Source: a virus
Taxonomy: Duplodnaviria > Caudoviricetes
Virus record (IMG/VR): IMGVR_UViG_3300031993_000037
Span: 32,007-96,006 of that record
Reading direction: 5' to 3' (one strand)
Length of the DNA stretch: 64,000 nucleotides
Below, in pieces: positions 42,082 through 53,167 of this stretch (position 1 is the stretch's first letter; each line of letters opens with the position of its first letter). The notes under the pieces were generated by a model, which had not been told where the DNA came from, ran no database searches, and saw only the letters and a program-made list of their open reading frames with translations. The position numbers and the translations under genes are program-made.

Positions 42082-43016
42082 TAGAAAATGTCTCCTTGAT
42101 ATGGCTGTTCATCTACAAGTCCGGCAGCTTTAAGTGCCTGGACAGCTAAAGGTTCAGTATCTAAAGTTTTCTCTGTAACTGGTTCCATATTATTAAATGA
42201 AGGTTCTTTTTCTATGGCATTAAACTCTTCTGCCATTGTGAATGGATAAAGTTCGTTAGCCATATCGTAAGCAGCTTTTACACGAGGAATGAGGTGAGGG
42301 TAGATTGAGAGTAGTTCTTTCCAGCCTTTACGATGCTGGATTTCAAGATGTTCATAATGAGTAAGACGGAGAAAGTTCCATACACAATCACGATATTCTG
42401 GGTGAGCAGATTTGGTTATGATGTGAGCAATCTCAAGTGTGCCGTCATTAACTCCAGAGGCCATAGATACATTATTACGTTCACACCATTCATCAATAGA
42501 AAGATAATTTCCTTCTGAATCGTAGTCACAAGGATTTCCTTCACCAACAGAGGTTTGTTCCTTAAATTCTGTAAACAGTTCACGAACAGTAATTTGGTCT
42601 TTGTCGTTCAAGTCACAGTTCTCGATAATCAATTCAAAGATTGAATTGATAAATTGAGCAGCTTCCATTTTAGACATTTTTGATAAGTGAATAGGAACCA
42701 TTACATCTGGATGCAACAAGTCTTCTTCTTTTGGTGCATATTCTCTCAATAATGATTCATACATTTTTCGTGTGTCATCATCAGTTGGTTGCTTGTCATA
42801 GTTTATTCTGAACAGTAAAGCACATAACGCAAATACAGTTTTGACCTGATCATATGATTTGTTATTCTTAGAATAGTTTGCAGTTACTGTTGCATATCTA
42901 TTACCAAGTGACTCACAGAATGAGTTTAATAATTCCCTGTCTTTTCCACTTGCCGGTAACAATAAACATCCATTTTTAAACTGCATTGCTTTAGCTTTAA
43001 ATATTACCTTTGCCAT
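42081..43016 (-). CDS. NinB/Orf-like plus degenerate HNH recombination-associated protein (putative)
   Basis: KSYDQ...LSKMSKME...FI; EIAHI...N.L.L...EH...QH..G; next to SbcDC. Confidence 0.5.
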   Translation of the reverse strand: MAKVIFKAKAMQFKNGCLLLPASGKDRELLNSFCESLGNRYATVTANYSKNNKSYDQVKTVFALCALLFRINYDKQPTDDDTRKMYESLLREYAPKEEDLLHPDVMVPIHLSKMSKMEAAQFINSIFELIIENCDLNDKDQITVRELFTEFKEQTSVGEGNPCDYDSEGNYLSIDEWCERNNVSMASGVNDGTLEIAHIITKSAHPEYRDCVWNFLRLTHYEHLEIQHRKGWKELLSIYPHLIPRVKAAYDMANELYPFTMAEEFNAIEKEPSFNNMEPVTEKTLDTEPLAVQALKAAGLVDEQPYQGDIF

Positions 43017-43328
43017 TTTTTATTACCTCAAAATTTAATTTTATTTCTATACCTTATTATTTTCTAATAATACTTTTTTTATAACCCTATAATCAGTATG
43101 ATATTTTTTTTCTAAAGCACTTAAAGTTGAACCATTTATATAATCATTTATAACTTGTGTTTCAATACCTTTTATACTCATAAACCACCTCAAAAAAAGA
43201 AACCCCACCGTGAATAAATGAACTATGGACACTGCGACAACACGGTGGGGAAGTTAGGAGCTTGTCGCAGTGTTATGATAACACTACAGTGATTATCAGC
43301 ATTTAAATTGTAAGACAAATTAGATTGT

Positions 43329-46300
43329 CTACATCTGCAGACTCTGTACGAGAATGTCTTTGAGTTCCTGAGAGTGAGTTATAAGAACAGTCAGTCTAGC
43401 GTGCCCCAGTTCGTGAGTAGACTTAATCATATTCACATACTGAAGTCTCTTTTCACTATCAAGTTCTCCGTCAGACTCATCAATGAATCGTACCTGGAAG
43501 TTGAAGCCAGTTCTCTGCATTCTTATGATAGAGAAAGCAAAATATAGTGACTGGATAATCCAAATCTTTTCACCGGCAGAAAGAAGTTCGATAGGTGTGG
43601 TCCAGCCAGACTCGGTGTTGGTAACATCGATGCAGAAGTCATCAACAATCTTCTGCTTTCCTTGTCTTAAAGTAGAGAATGCAACCTGGAACTTATCTCC
43701 GTAAGAAGACTGGAGAATAGAGTTTGTGAGCGAGGCAACCTCTGGAATTGCAGCTTCAAGTTCGAGTGCCTGGATACCACTGTTTGCAAATGCTTTCTCA
43801 AGAACATAGTAATCATTAAGGTTCTTTGAATGTTCTTTTATTTCAGTAACTTTCTGTCTTGCAATTTCAAGTGCTTCTTTAGCCTGTGTAATTGTGTTCT
43901 GAGTTGTAGCAAGGTCCACTGATGTACGAAGTCTTGTCTCTTCACATTCCTTGCGATTGTTTTCAAGTTCTTCAATCTGAGCCTTAAAGTCTACTACATC
44001 GAGACCAGAAAGTGAGTCAAGGAACTCTTTAATCTGATTCAAGTCTTTTTCTACACGTTCTATATCTGACTCGAGATTAGACACCTCAACGTAGTCTATA
44101 TAAGCTGCATATACTGCGTTTAATTCAAGATATGACTGTGTAGCCTGGTATCTGCCGTTGAGTTCATTATATTCAGCGTCTAATTGTTTACGCTTTTCGT
44201 CTGCTTTCTTCAACTTGTCCTTACAGCTTGTATAATCTTTCTTTGCGTTCTTTGTGATTACTTCCTGTTGTTTTTTCCATTCTACAAGAGAGTCGATTTC
44301 AGAATTGACGTGTTCAAGAGCCTTAAGCAGGTCTTTCTTTTTCTTATCAGAAAGTTTAGCACCACAGGTAGGGCAGGTATCTTCAATCTTGAAAGTATTA
44401 TCTTTTGCGTTTCTGATTCTTTCATCTGCAGAAGCAAGCTTACGGTCTTCAATTTCAAACTGTTCCTTAAACTTACTGCACTCTTCAGTGAGAGCAACGT
44501 ATATGTCAGTCTGTTCCTTAAGTTTGCTGCTGAGATCAAGAATCTGCTTGTTCATAGGACGAGATTCTTCGTATGTTTTCTTATACTCTTCAATCTTATC
44601 TTTGTTGAACTTGAAGAAGTCATTTTTCTCTTTGTGTTCTTTAAGGCTTTCAAGGTGAGCAGAAAGTTCATTAAATCTGTCTTCAGAATCTGCTTTCATC
44701 TGAATGAGATTGCCGGACTTTGCATACTGCTTATTAAACTCTTCTTCACGAGTTTTGGTAGCCTTAATATCTGCTTCAATCTTTGCAAGAGTTTCTTCTG
44801 CTTCTTTAAGTTCACGTTTAAGTCTTTCTTCATTATTGCTCTGACGTTCAATCTGCTCTTCAAGGTCATAGAACTGGTCCTCACAGCCAGAAAGAAGTTC
44901 TATCTGTCTCTCGATATCTTTAATCCGTTCTTTAGTCATGTCGTGCATTGCTGAAAGATTATCAGTACCAAATAACTGAGAAAGCAGCTCAATACGTTCA
45001 CCTTTTGTAGCAGAAGCTATATCAGAAATACCTTTTACTTTACCACGAGTGAAGAATGCTGTACGAAGATAAACTGAAAGAGAACCGAAAGTCTCTTCAA
45101 CGTATGTCTTGTATGTATCGAGGTTACCGTCACAATCTTTTACACTTGTCCAGGTCTCACCATTGTCATCAGATGTCTCAGCATAATACTTTACAAGACC
45201 AGAATCGACATGAGCTGCCAGGAATGTTTTGAGTCTGTAAAGTCTTCCGTTCTCATCCTTGTAAATGATAATTCTATGAGAATCTTTGAGGTAGAAGTGA
45301 GACTTTAATGCACCGCCACGAGTAAGCAACTGTGGATATGGAGAGGCAAACTCAATGAGAGTTGACTTTCCGGAGCCATTCGGACCAATTACACCAAGGA
45401 TTCCGTCATCATATTTCGAAAAATCTACGAAGATTTCTTCTCTTCCTTTAATACCCTTTGCACCACGAAGTGAAAGCGATATAAGTTCAAACGAGTGAGA
45501 AGGGAAGGTGTACTTAATAAGCATGTTGTTCTGTATGTCTTCTGCCTTATTCAAAACGTCTTCAGATACTTCGATTTCATTAAGCTTAGCCCAGATTTTA
45601 ATCTTATCCTTAAGAGAAGTTGTTTTCGCAATCTCTTTAGAACGTACTGCGTTTACTGTTTCTGTATGAATAGAAATCTTAATATTACTTGCACCTGTAG
45701 ATTCAAGAGCAAACTTAGTCTGTGCAGCGTGGTTGAAATTTCTGCGTTCTTCTGGAGTGAGGGTAAGGTTGATCTTCACGTTCAAACCTTTAAGATTCAT
45801 TTTGCAGACTGCTTCAAATGTCTTAAGTTCGCAGTCTACAACTCTGTTCTGTGGAAATGGCAGGTACACTTTTTCTTCAGTACATTTTCCGTCATTTACA
45901 GTAATTAAACTATATGACGGTTTGTGAAGTTCTCCGAAGTCCAGTGGAATAGGAGAGCCTGCATAATGGAATATTCCAACGTTCTGTGGAATATGGATGT
46001 GACCACAAGCAACGTACATCGGATTAAGATGTTTAAGTTTGCTTGAGTGAAGCCTTGTATCTGCAGTCGCATCTTTTCCGTTTGGATATTTTGCACCGCT
46101 TACTTCACCGTGGAACATAACGATAAGTGGATTATTCGGCTTTACATCAAAGCCGTCATCAAAGTATTTATCAATATTCTCAACAGTTTCTTCTGCGTTC
46201 TTACCAAGAAGAAGTGACTTGCGAGGCTCCGGAATACCCAGGATGTCAACCTTTTCTCCATTCTTCTCAAATGTCCAGAGAGTTGGCCTGTCTGCAACGT

Positions 46301-46586
46301 TAGCACCGAGCAGCTTGAATACTTCAAGAGAGTTTGCAATCTCGTGATGTGGTGTTCCATAAACCATATAAACAGGAACCTTAGCAATAAGGTCTTTCAT
46401 CTTCTCATTAATCTGAGCAAATGAAGTATTGTTTACAACTGCGTGATCCCAGAAGTCACCGGTAATCAAAACCGCATCAATGTGTTTTTCATCAACATCT
46501 TTGATGAAAATATCGAGCAGCTTGATTACGTTATCTTTACGCTTTTTATCTGCGTGTATATCTGCAGTGTGTAATAGTTTAATCAT
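43329..46586 (-). CDS. Fused Mre11/SbcD nuclease - Rad50/SbcC ATPase
   Basis: HTADIH, ITGD, GHIH phosphoesterase motifs; GPNGSGKST, coiled coil with CPTCG zinc hook, LSAGE, FIDE, LITH; one 1085-aa ORF. Confidence 0.92.
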   Translation of the reverse strand: MIKLLHTADIHADKKRKDNVIKLLDIFIKDVDEKHIDAVLITGDFWDHAVVNNTSFAQINEKMKDLIAKVPVYMVYGTPHHEIANSLEVFKLLGANVADRPTLWTFEKNGEKVDILGIPEPRKSLLLGKNAEETVENIDKYFDDGFDVKPNNPLIVMFHGEVSGAKYPNGKDATADTRLHSSKLKHLNPMYVACGHIHIPQNVGIFHYAGSPIPLDFGELHKPSYSLITVNDGKCTEEKVYLPFPQNRVVDCELKTFEAVCKMNLKGLNVKINLTLTPEERRNFNHAAQTKFALESTGASNIKISIHTETVNAVRSKEIAKTTSLKDKIKIWAKLNEIEVSEDVLNKAEDIQNNMLIKYTFPSHSFELISLSLRGAKGIKGREEIFVDFSKYDDGILGVIGPNGSGKSTLIEFASPYPQLLTRGGALKSHFYLKDSHRIIIYKDENGRLYRLKTFLAAHVDSGLVKYYAETSDDNGETWTSVKDCDGNLDTYKTYVEETFGSLSVYLRTAFFTRGKVKGISDIASATKGERIELLSQLFGTDNLSAMHDMTKERIKDIERQIELLSGCEDQFYDLEEQIERQSNNEERLKRELKEAEETLAKIEADIKATKTREEEFNKQYAKSGNLIQMKADSEDRFNELSAHLESLKEHKEKNDFFKFNKDKIEEYKKTYEESRPMNKQILDLSSKLKEQTDIYVALTEECSKFKEQFEIEDRKLASADERIRNAKDNTFKIEDTCPTCGAKLSDKKKKDLLKALEHVNSEIDSLVEWKKQQEVITKNAKKDYTSCKDKLKKADEKRKQLDAEYNELNGRYQATQSYLELNAVYAAYIDYVEVSNLESDIERVEKDLNQIKEFLDSLSGLDVVDFKAQIEELENNRKECEETRLRTSVDLATTQNTITQAKEALEIARQKVTEIKEHSKNLNDYYVLEKAFANSGIQALELEAAIPEVASLTNSILQSSYGDKFQVAFSTLRQGKQKIVDDFCIDVTNTESGWTTPIELLSAGEKIWIIQSLYFAFSIIRMQRTGFNFQVRFIDESDGELDSEKRLQYVNMIKSTHELGHARLTVLITHSQELKDILVQSLQM

Positions 46587-46771
46587 TCATCAACCTCCAC
46601 AATATCCCAACTTGTTGCCATAAATTCTTCTCTTGGACAGGTTTTCATGTGGTAACTGATTTCTTTTTCAGCTTCCTTTCTTGTGCCATGTTTAGGACCT
46701 CTCCAAGTTTCGTAATGTCCAGAAGCATCTGTATAACTTTCTACTACTTGATATTTCATTTTTTTTCCTCC

Positions 46772-47929
46772 TTAAAAATAGTTTCCTGCCTCTTCAAGTG
46801 TCTTTTCACTATCCCTTAAAACAGTTTTGTAGTGTTTGCGACAGCCATCACTTCCGTCTTTGAACTCTATACTGTGTTCGTTATAGTAAACTTCTCCATA
46901 ACCACAGCCATATTGTGTAGGGTATGCACTTTCATTCGATTCACACCACTGCATAGGACAATCATCACATCTCATTTATTGTGCTCCTACATCTTCTTGA
47001 GTAAAATCATCAATCATTGCTCTGCAGTTTTCGCTGAACTCTTTATCTGACTGATATCCATTTGGTTTCTGTGTTGATTCTTCAATCTTGCACCACTCAC
47101 AGATGTCTTTTGAAGTTCTGATTACACAGGTTTTGCACCAGGAGGGAAACTTGTTACAATCCATAGTTACTCCTTAAACTGTTCCTTTATGAAAGAAAAA
47201 CTGATACTTCATTTTTCTGCAAAACTTTATTTCTCTCACAATATCCTTTATTGTTTCCGAAACAAAAAACCAATTCCATTTCCACGTTACAATCTGTCTT
47301 GTAACGTGAGTGTTATATGGGTCATTACATTTATGACCGTATTCAAAATAAACTTTCATTTCACTTACTCCTTAAACTGTGGGATTTCACACCAAGCGAT
47401 AACTTTAACTCCGTTATTGTTTCCATTTCCGTCTGCTGTTAATGTCTGCCAACCATGCCAATATCTACCAATATCGAAAGAGTAATATTCTTTTGTATTG
47501 TCATTAAATGCATAAGCAACTAAATACTCTTTACGGACATCAACAGGTTCTTCTTCTACTTTGTGCCATTGAATACCGTTTTCGGTTGCTCCTGCGAAGT
47601 AACCGTCTTTGTTTGCTTCATAAATATACACTCTGAATGAATCTTCAAGGTCTGGTGTTGCATAAGAATCAGCGTGCTTTTCTGCTTTCTGTTTAAGTTC
47701 TTCTTTAGTCATTTTTACCTCCTTTTTTAAGCTGCTTTTTTCTCTCTCTCATCTGCCAGTATTTATGCTCAATTTTATCAAGACATTTACACTGCTTAGC
47801 CAGACATTTCTTCTGACTTATTTGTTTTGCGGTAAGATGTTTATGATGGAATGTGCAATACGCAGGGCAGTTTTTATAGTACGTCTCGGACCCATAAAGG
47901 ACCTTGACGATATCATAAGGTTCTTTCAT
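46772..47929 (-). other. Small hypothetical genes (46772-46975, 46976-47164, 47174-47359, 47365-47712, 47705-47929)
   Basis: Packed ORFs with ribosome-binding sites; 47365-47712 is a paralog of 21239-21661. Confidence 0.6.
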
Positions 47930-47940
47930 TTTGGCTCCAT

Positions 47941-48021
47941 AAAAAAAAGGAGAGATAGCATATGAGGGGTGTGATAATAATTTTGGATAATTATTATTGG
48001 TGGGTGGTATGCTATCTCTCC
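47941..48021 (-). terminator. Long hairpin plus T-run downstream of the annealase gene
   Basis: GGAGAGATAGCATA / TATGCTATCTCTCC stem with an A8 tract on the plus strand. Confidence 0.55.
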
Positions 48022-48032
48022 ATGATTACAAA

Positions 48033-48773
48033 TTAAGATGCTTTCTTTGCTTCTTCTGAAGCCCAAGAGAGCATTTGATTCAAGTAGTTCAATGATTCAC
48101 TCGATGCAACTTTTACTGCAGCATTGATATCTTTCCAACTATCTTTAGGAACGATATCTTCGTAATCAAGGAGCTTTGACTTGATATCTTCACACTTCTT
48201 CATAAGCTCTTCTTTTGTCAATTTTGGTTCTTCATTTGGTGGAGTAGGTGATTTTGTAGAAGATTGTTTGGAAGCAGCCTTGCAACCCTTTGGTAATGCA
48301 TCGGCTGGAAGTGCAGGTGGATTCCATTTGAAAGTTTTTCCTTCTTTTGTTTTTCCATTGTACTGTCCGTTATCACAAATTACAGCCCATCCATCTTTAA
48401 GGTTATAAAGATAACGACCTATACCAAACTGAACAGCCACTCTTTTTACTGCACCAGAAATTCCGCCTTTTACTGGTTCTATATCTGTTGCATCTGCACC
48501 ATCTGTACGAGAAATAAATTCTGTGGTGCCATCTTCATGAGTAACACGAATAGAGAGAGTGCAAAGATAAGCGTCACCTTCACGGCGAATTGTAGTCTGC
48601 CAACCATCTGGGCCACAAACTTCGTCAAGACGATCTTGAACAGCACGAGATGTGATATATGCTAATGCTCTCCCCCAAATCTTTCCATTTCTTTCTCCGC
48701 AACTCTGCAAACGCCATTCCAGGTCTGTTTCTGGAAAAGGCTCCTTTAATTTTGCCATGTCTTCAATTTTCAT
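48033..48773 (-). CDS. Rad52/Rad22-family single-strand annealing protein (Sak-like)
   Basis: LAYITSRAVQDRLDEVCG..GW; KGGISGAVKR.AVQFGIGRYLY; start moved to MKIED. Confidence 0.9.
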   Translation of the reverse strand: MKIEDMAKLKEPFPETDLEWRLQSCGERNGKIWGRALAYITSRAVQDRLDEVCGPDGWQTTIRREGDAYLCTLSIRVTHEDGTTEFISRTDGADATDIEPVKGGISGAVKRVAVQFGIGRYLYNLKDGWAVICDNGQYNGKTKEGKTFKWNPPALPADALPKGCKAASKQSSTKSPTPPNEEPKLTKEELMKKCEDIKSKLLDYEDIVPKDSWKDINAAVKVASSESLNYLNQMLSWASEEAKKAS

Positions 48774-48783
48774 TTTGAACCTC

Positions 48784-49080
48784 CTATTTCTTTGGTACAC
48801 GGCGTTCTTCTATGAACTCGTATATCTCGCTGAGTTTGTATAATGTTCCTTTGCTTGCTACACGACTTGCCTTATAATATGGTAAAGCTTGTGGTATCTG
48901 CTTTACGGAACAATGCAATATCTCAGCACACTTGTCTTCATCAACATAAGTACGTCCTTCTAAAAGACGTTTGTTGATATCCTTAAGATTCTGTAACTCG
49001 TCTAAAACGATGCTCATGCTCCGTTCGAATGCGAGTTTGATATCTTCTTCATCAGGATACACTGATCCAAAATCAATCAT
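48784..49080 (-). CDS. Excisionase-like HTH protein
   Basis: YVDEDKCAEILHCS...LY..SEIYEFIE. Confidence 0.55.
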   Translation of the reverse strand: MIDFGSVYPDEEDIKLAFERSMSIVLDELQNLKDINKRLLEGRTYVDEDKCAEILHCSVKQIPQALPYYKASRVASKGTLYKLSEIYEFIEERRVPKK

Positions 49081-49217
49081 TCTGACCTCCTTGTGAGAAA
49101 ATTATAATTTGTGATTAGGTTTGGTTTTGAGAAAGTATAGACAAACTAAATTGTCTATAAAAAAAGAAAGGACCGCCTGAGTGAACAAGCGGTCCAAAAG
49201 TGGGAATTGAAGTTGGA

Positions 49218-50012
49218 TTACTTCATTTCTTTCCAGGAATCAACATTTGTAAAGTCTCTAATATTCTTTTTTGCATGACGAATGGTTGATGCACCTCCTA
49301 CAACACCAGCGAATATTCCAACTTTACGTTTTATATGTTCGCTTTCTACTCTTGGATCGTCTTCTGCTATTCCGCAATGAGAAGCTAAACCAATGTTTAA
49401 TGTATAACCAAACATACCGCATATGTATGAAGCCAATAGAGAAACTGCCAAACCGATAGGAAATAACAATATATTATTTTTCGATTCTTTTAATGTTTTA
49501 TTAAACAATAAACAGAAAGGAACAAATAAGCATAAACAATTTATTAAATGTCTGATGAAATTATAATTGTTATATAAGAACCAATGTTTTTTTCTATTAT
49601 CATAAATATTTAATTCTTCATAACTCCTAAGATTTCCATCATTATAAGCAAATATAATTCTATTTATTTCATCATAGTTGTTCATATCTTGATTTAACAA
49701 ATAGTTGATATATGCTTGTTCTGAAACATCAGTACGACTATGTAAGTCTTTTTGTAACATATCTATTAATTCACTTTTTAGTTTATTAAAATTGTATTGT
49801 TTCATACAATCTGAAGATATATCTAAAGTTACATTATCACTAATCATACTTAAACTCCTATGCAGTCTGAACAATCTTAAAACTATTAAACATATTAATA
49901 GCTTCTTGACATTCTTCCTTTGTATCATAATGCGTAAAGAACCGGTTTTCAATAAAACCACAATCTTCTTCACTCCATACACGATAAGTAGAAGAACAGA
50001 CCTCTTCACCAT
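49218..50012 (-). CDS. AT-rich membrane protein (moron-like); start uncertain, probably near 49847
   Basis: Two TM helices, visibly low GC, followed by a terminator-like hairpin at about 49160-49195. Confidence 0.5.
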   Translation of the reverse strand: MVKRSVLLLIVYGVKKIVVLLKTGSLRIMIQRKNVKKLLICLIVLRLFRLHRSLSMISDNVTLDISSDCMKQYNFNKLKSELIDMLQKDLHSRTDVSEQAYINYLLNQDMNNYDEINRIIFAYNDGNLRSYEELNIYDNRKKHWFLYNNYNFIRHLINCLCLFVPFCLLFNKTLKESKNNILLFPIGLAVSLLASYICGMFGYTLNIGLASHCGIAEDDPRVESEHIKRKVGIFAGVVGGASTIRHAKKNIRDFTNVDSWKEMK

Positions 50013-50142
50013 CGATAAACTCTGAATGAAGTGTAAGCTTTGGTACTAACATATTACCTCCTTAACCATAATAAGCCATAAATGGCCATAAATCAAATTG
50101 ATTTAAGAATAAAAAAGCAGGAACTTAATCCTGCTTTATCCA

Positions 50143-51812
50143 TTAAGCAACTTCATCGACTGACTTAAGACCTTTCTCTGCTATTAAAGCACGAACCTGG
50201 TCAACAGCCTTACCAAGCATTTCGATAGTTTTTTCAGGGCTATCATACTCTGCAGTAATGTCGAATGTAACCAATCCTTTTGCAGTCTGCGAAAGATTGA
50301 TACGGGTACGAGTGTTTGTCTCGTTAAGCTGATTTTCCATATCGTTTGCCTCCTTGATTATTTTCAATCAGTTTATCTACATCGGTTCTAAGAGAAGCCA
50401 TTTCTTTTCTCATATCGCCGATCAAATCCAATATTTCACTAATAGTCTTATTAGTTTCAGTAACAGATTTTACAAGTTCACAATATTTTTTGTGAATGTC
50501 CAATTTTACTTCTGAAAGTTCATCCATAAATTACCCCCATATAATGAACGCCATTGCAACTACAGCGTAAAACATGATAATACACAGACATGTCCAAACA
50601 ACGTCTCTGTGTTCCTTAAGCCAGCTTTCTTTTCTGTAAATATTCCCTTTCTTTACATACTTCATTTGATGCCTCCTGATGATACATGGCCAGAGAGTTA
50701 CTCAAAGTAAGTGCAGCTTCATTGAAGTCCGATGTATCAAACCACCCTTTACGGACAAGTTCATTGACTCTTTGCAAATCTTTTAAGACAATCTCTTTAA
50801 ATAACTGTTCATTCATAATGACTCCTATTCTAAATCCATAATTAGATACGGATTTTAAACTAAAAGACAAACTGAATTGTCTATATAAGTAAACGTTCAA
50901 CCAAGAAATAACATTCGTCTTTTTTGAAGACGAACTTACCAGATGCATGTAACCTACGCAGATAACTTTCTTTTTTATATGCAGTCATCGCTGTTGCTTT
51001 TGGAAGAAAGCAGTCAAGTTCAAGATTGTTAAGTGAGTAGAGTAGTGGAACTTTTGCGTCTGTCCTAATGGTCAGCCAGAAGCCTTTTTTATTCTCTTTT
51101 GAATCAACAACCTTGCCATTAATGGTCCAAGTATTGCGAGATGTAATCATATTTCTCCTTTTGCTGCTCAAATCATCTCGCTTAGAAAATTTAAGATTAA
51201 ACATCTGCTAAAAACTCCTCACATGTCTGGTCACATTCTTCTTTGCAACACTTTTCACACAATTCGATTAGCCGGTCTTTTCCTGGTCCGTCTTTAATAG
51301 TGATGTAAGAGTAGGTGTAATCTTCTTCTTCAAAACAGAACATGAGCAGCATCTGCTTTGATTCCGGATAGTAGATCAAGTTAGTGTTCATTATGTGGTC
51401 ATCGTCTTCAAGCCACTCAAAGAAATCTTCAAGTGTTTTGAACTCTTCACTAAATAACGCAAACCAGTCTGCACAGGAAAAATTGAAGTCAATTGCTTTA
51501 TTCTCATCTGTTGTGTATGGGTCTTCTATTTCAAACCAATGCTCTTCAAGCTGTTCAAGAGTAATCTCTTTTTCAATGTGTAATTCTTTCATATAAACCT
51601 CCTTAATTGCACCAATTCCATTCATCATCTACGACAGAAAACCCTTCCTGTAATCCTGTTACGATTGAAGCGTATCTGTTTCCTTCTGAGCTGCCTGCAC
51701 AAGCAATCATTCCTTCTGTGTAGAAACGGATTGCTTCACCACGTTTACGTTTTTCCTTTTGTCCGTAACAAGTAATTGTTACAATGTCATTTTTATTCAT
51801 ATAAAACCTCCT
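50143..51812 (-). other. Small early genes, including an OB-fold-like ORF (50881-51150)
   Basis: Packed ORFs; 50881-51150 resembles 61607-61888 (N.W...G.VV..K ... ASG). Confidence 0.5.
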
Positions 51813-51813
51813 A

Positions 51814-52428
51814 TTAAATCCAGTCGATAATTGGATTTGATTTATTTCCTTTTTCCCAGATAAACCAGGCATAACAAACTGCAGAACTTTTCTTAAACTC
51901 TTCTTCATCACCGTTCAACGCACAGTTGATACGTTTAGTGAAGACTAAGATTTTCTTAGGCGGATTATTCTGAAAGAGCTTTCTTCGCTTTTCACCCTCA
52001 AGGAAGGTAAGCTTTAAGAACATAGCGATCTTGTGACCGTCTGTGACAACATCAAGTGCATGTTCAACAAACTCTGCAGCAAACTTGTAAGGCGGATTTG
52101 TAACGATATCGCCATTCCAAGTATCTTTACGCTCGAAGAAGTCTTCTGCATTGTGCTGACCTTTGTATCCACGGTTTACGATATCAACGCTTTCAACGTC
52201 ATAACCATTTTCTTCAAGTACGTTTGATATATGACCACCGCCACACGCAGGTTCAAGAACTTTCTTTGAGAACGTTTCAAGTTTAAGAAGTGCTTCAACT
52301 GCTTTCGGGTCTGTTGCATAATAGTCATACATTCCACGTTCACGCTCACTGTGATTACTATCACCGTTGGTTACAAAGCTCGCTTTTTTATTTCCACTCC
52401 AATCATTACTTGTATTTATTTCAGCCAT
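51814..52428 (-). CDS. Small amino DNA methyltransferase
   Basis: DYYATDP, LEPACGGG, IVTNPPY; paralog of 31927-32520. Confidence 0.88.
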   Translation of the reverse strand: MAEINTSNDWSGNKKASFVTNGDSNHSERERGMYDYYATDPKAVEALLKLETFSKKVLEPACGGGHISNVLEENGYDVESVDIVNRGYKGQHNAEDFFERKDTWNGDIVTNPPYKFAAEFVEHALDVVTDGHKIAMFLKLTFLEGEKRRKLFQNNPPKKILVFTKRINCALNGDEEEFKKSSAVCYAWFIWEKGNKSNPIIDWI

Positions 52429-52440
52429 AAAAAACTCCTA

Positions 52441-53055
52441 TTAGTGTTCTTTGAAAATTATTTGCTCAGATTTTTTGAGTGACCAACAATTAGCCATACT
52501 TACACTGCATTCGAAGCAATTGCCTGAACACCACTTTGCTCCGTCTTTAGCGGTTGTGTATCCGTCCTTGTACATAACATGAGCTTCCGGCAAATTGTGA
52601 GGATTCTTCATTTCCATACCACGCCAAGCAGAGAAGATAAGATGTAAGTTTTTGGGAAGTCTGTGTTCTGAAAGATATTCGTTCACAATATCAAACTGCT
52701 TTGTGAAACATAGAATCTGACAATGTGAATTCTTCTTTGCAAGTTCACACATCTTTGCAAGATATTCTTTGTTGTAGATGTCACCGCTTACACCAAATCT
52801 GAAGAAACGATTGATTGAAAGAGCAGCGTTTACTTCTCTCCAATACTTGTCAGGGTCGTTCTGAAGTATGTCGAGATTACGCTGATAAGCGGCCCCTACT
52901 GTCTTAGGTCTAAGTCGTGCTATCTTAAGTGCATAACACTTTTTACCGCAGTGCTTACAAGCCTCTTTTGAACAAGTGATGATTGGTGGTAGAGAAACGG
53001 ATGGAATTGCACCCATCTTAACGTTTCCACGAGAAATTGAAACGTGTTGTTCCAT
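52441..53055 (-). CDS. Gp88-like Cys-cluster protein
   Basis: GNVKMG..P..SLPP..TC...C..C...CYA; FRF.VSGD; C.GNC.EC; terminal H. Confidence 0.65.
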   Translation of the reverse strand: MEQHVSISRGNVKMGAIPSVSLPPIITCSKEACKHCGKKCYALKIARLRPKTVGAAYQRNLDILQNDPDKYWREVNAALSINRFFRFGVSGDIYNKEYLAKMCELAKKNSHCQILCFTKQFDIVNEYLSEHRLPKNLHLIFSAWRGMEMKNPHNLPEAHVMYKDGYTTAKDGAKWCSGNCFECSVSMANCWSLKKSEQIIFKEH

Positions 53056-53167
53056 AGAGAAATCTCCTTATGTATTGATTGTTTTTAAGAAAGGAGATAC
53101 TCTGTAACTTCCTAGGGTATCGAGAGTATCTCTTGATATTCGCCCACTGAGAAATCAGTGGGTCTTT

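Noticed and set aside
44184-44954. 256-aa plus-strand ORF and similar antisense ORFs (for example 24120-24659, 45495-45908)
   Set aside because: Shadow frames opposite well-supported genes, with Phe/Leu-rich composition and no motifs.
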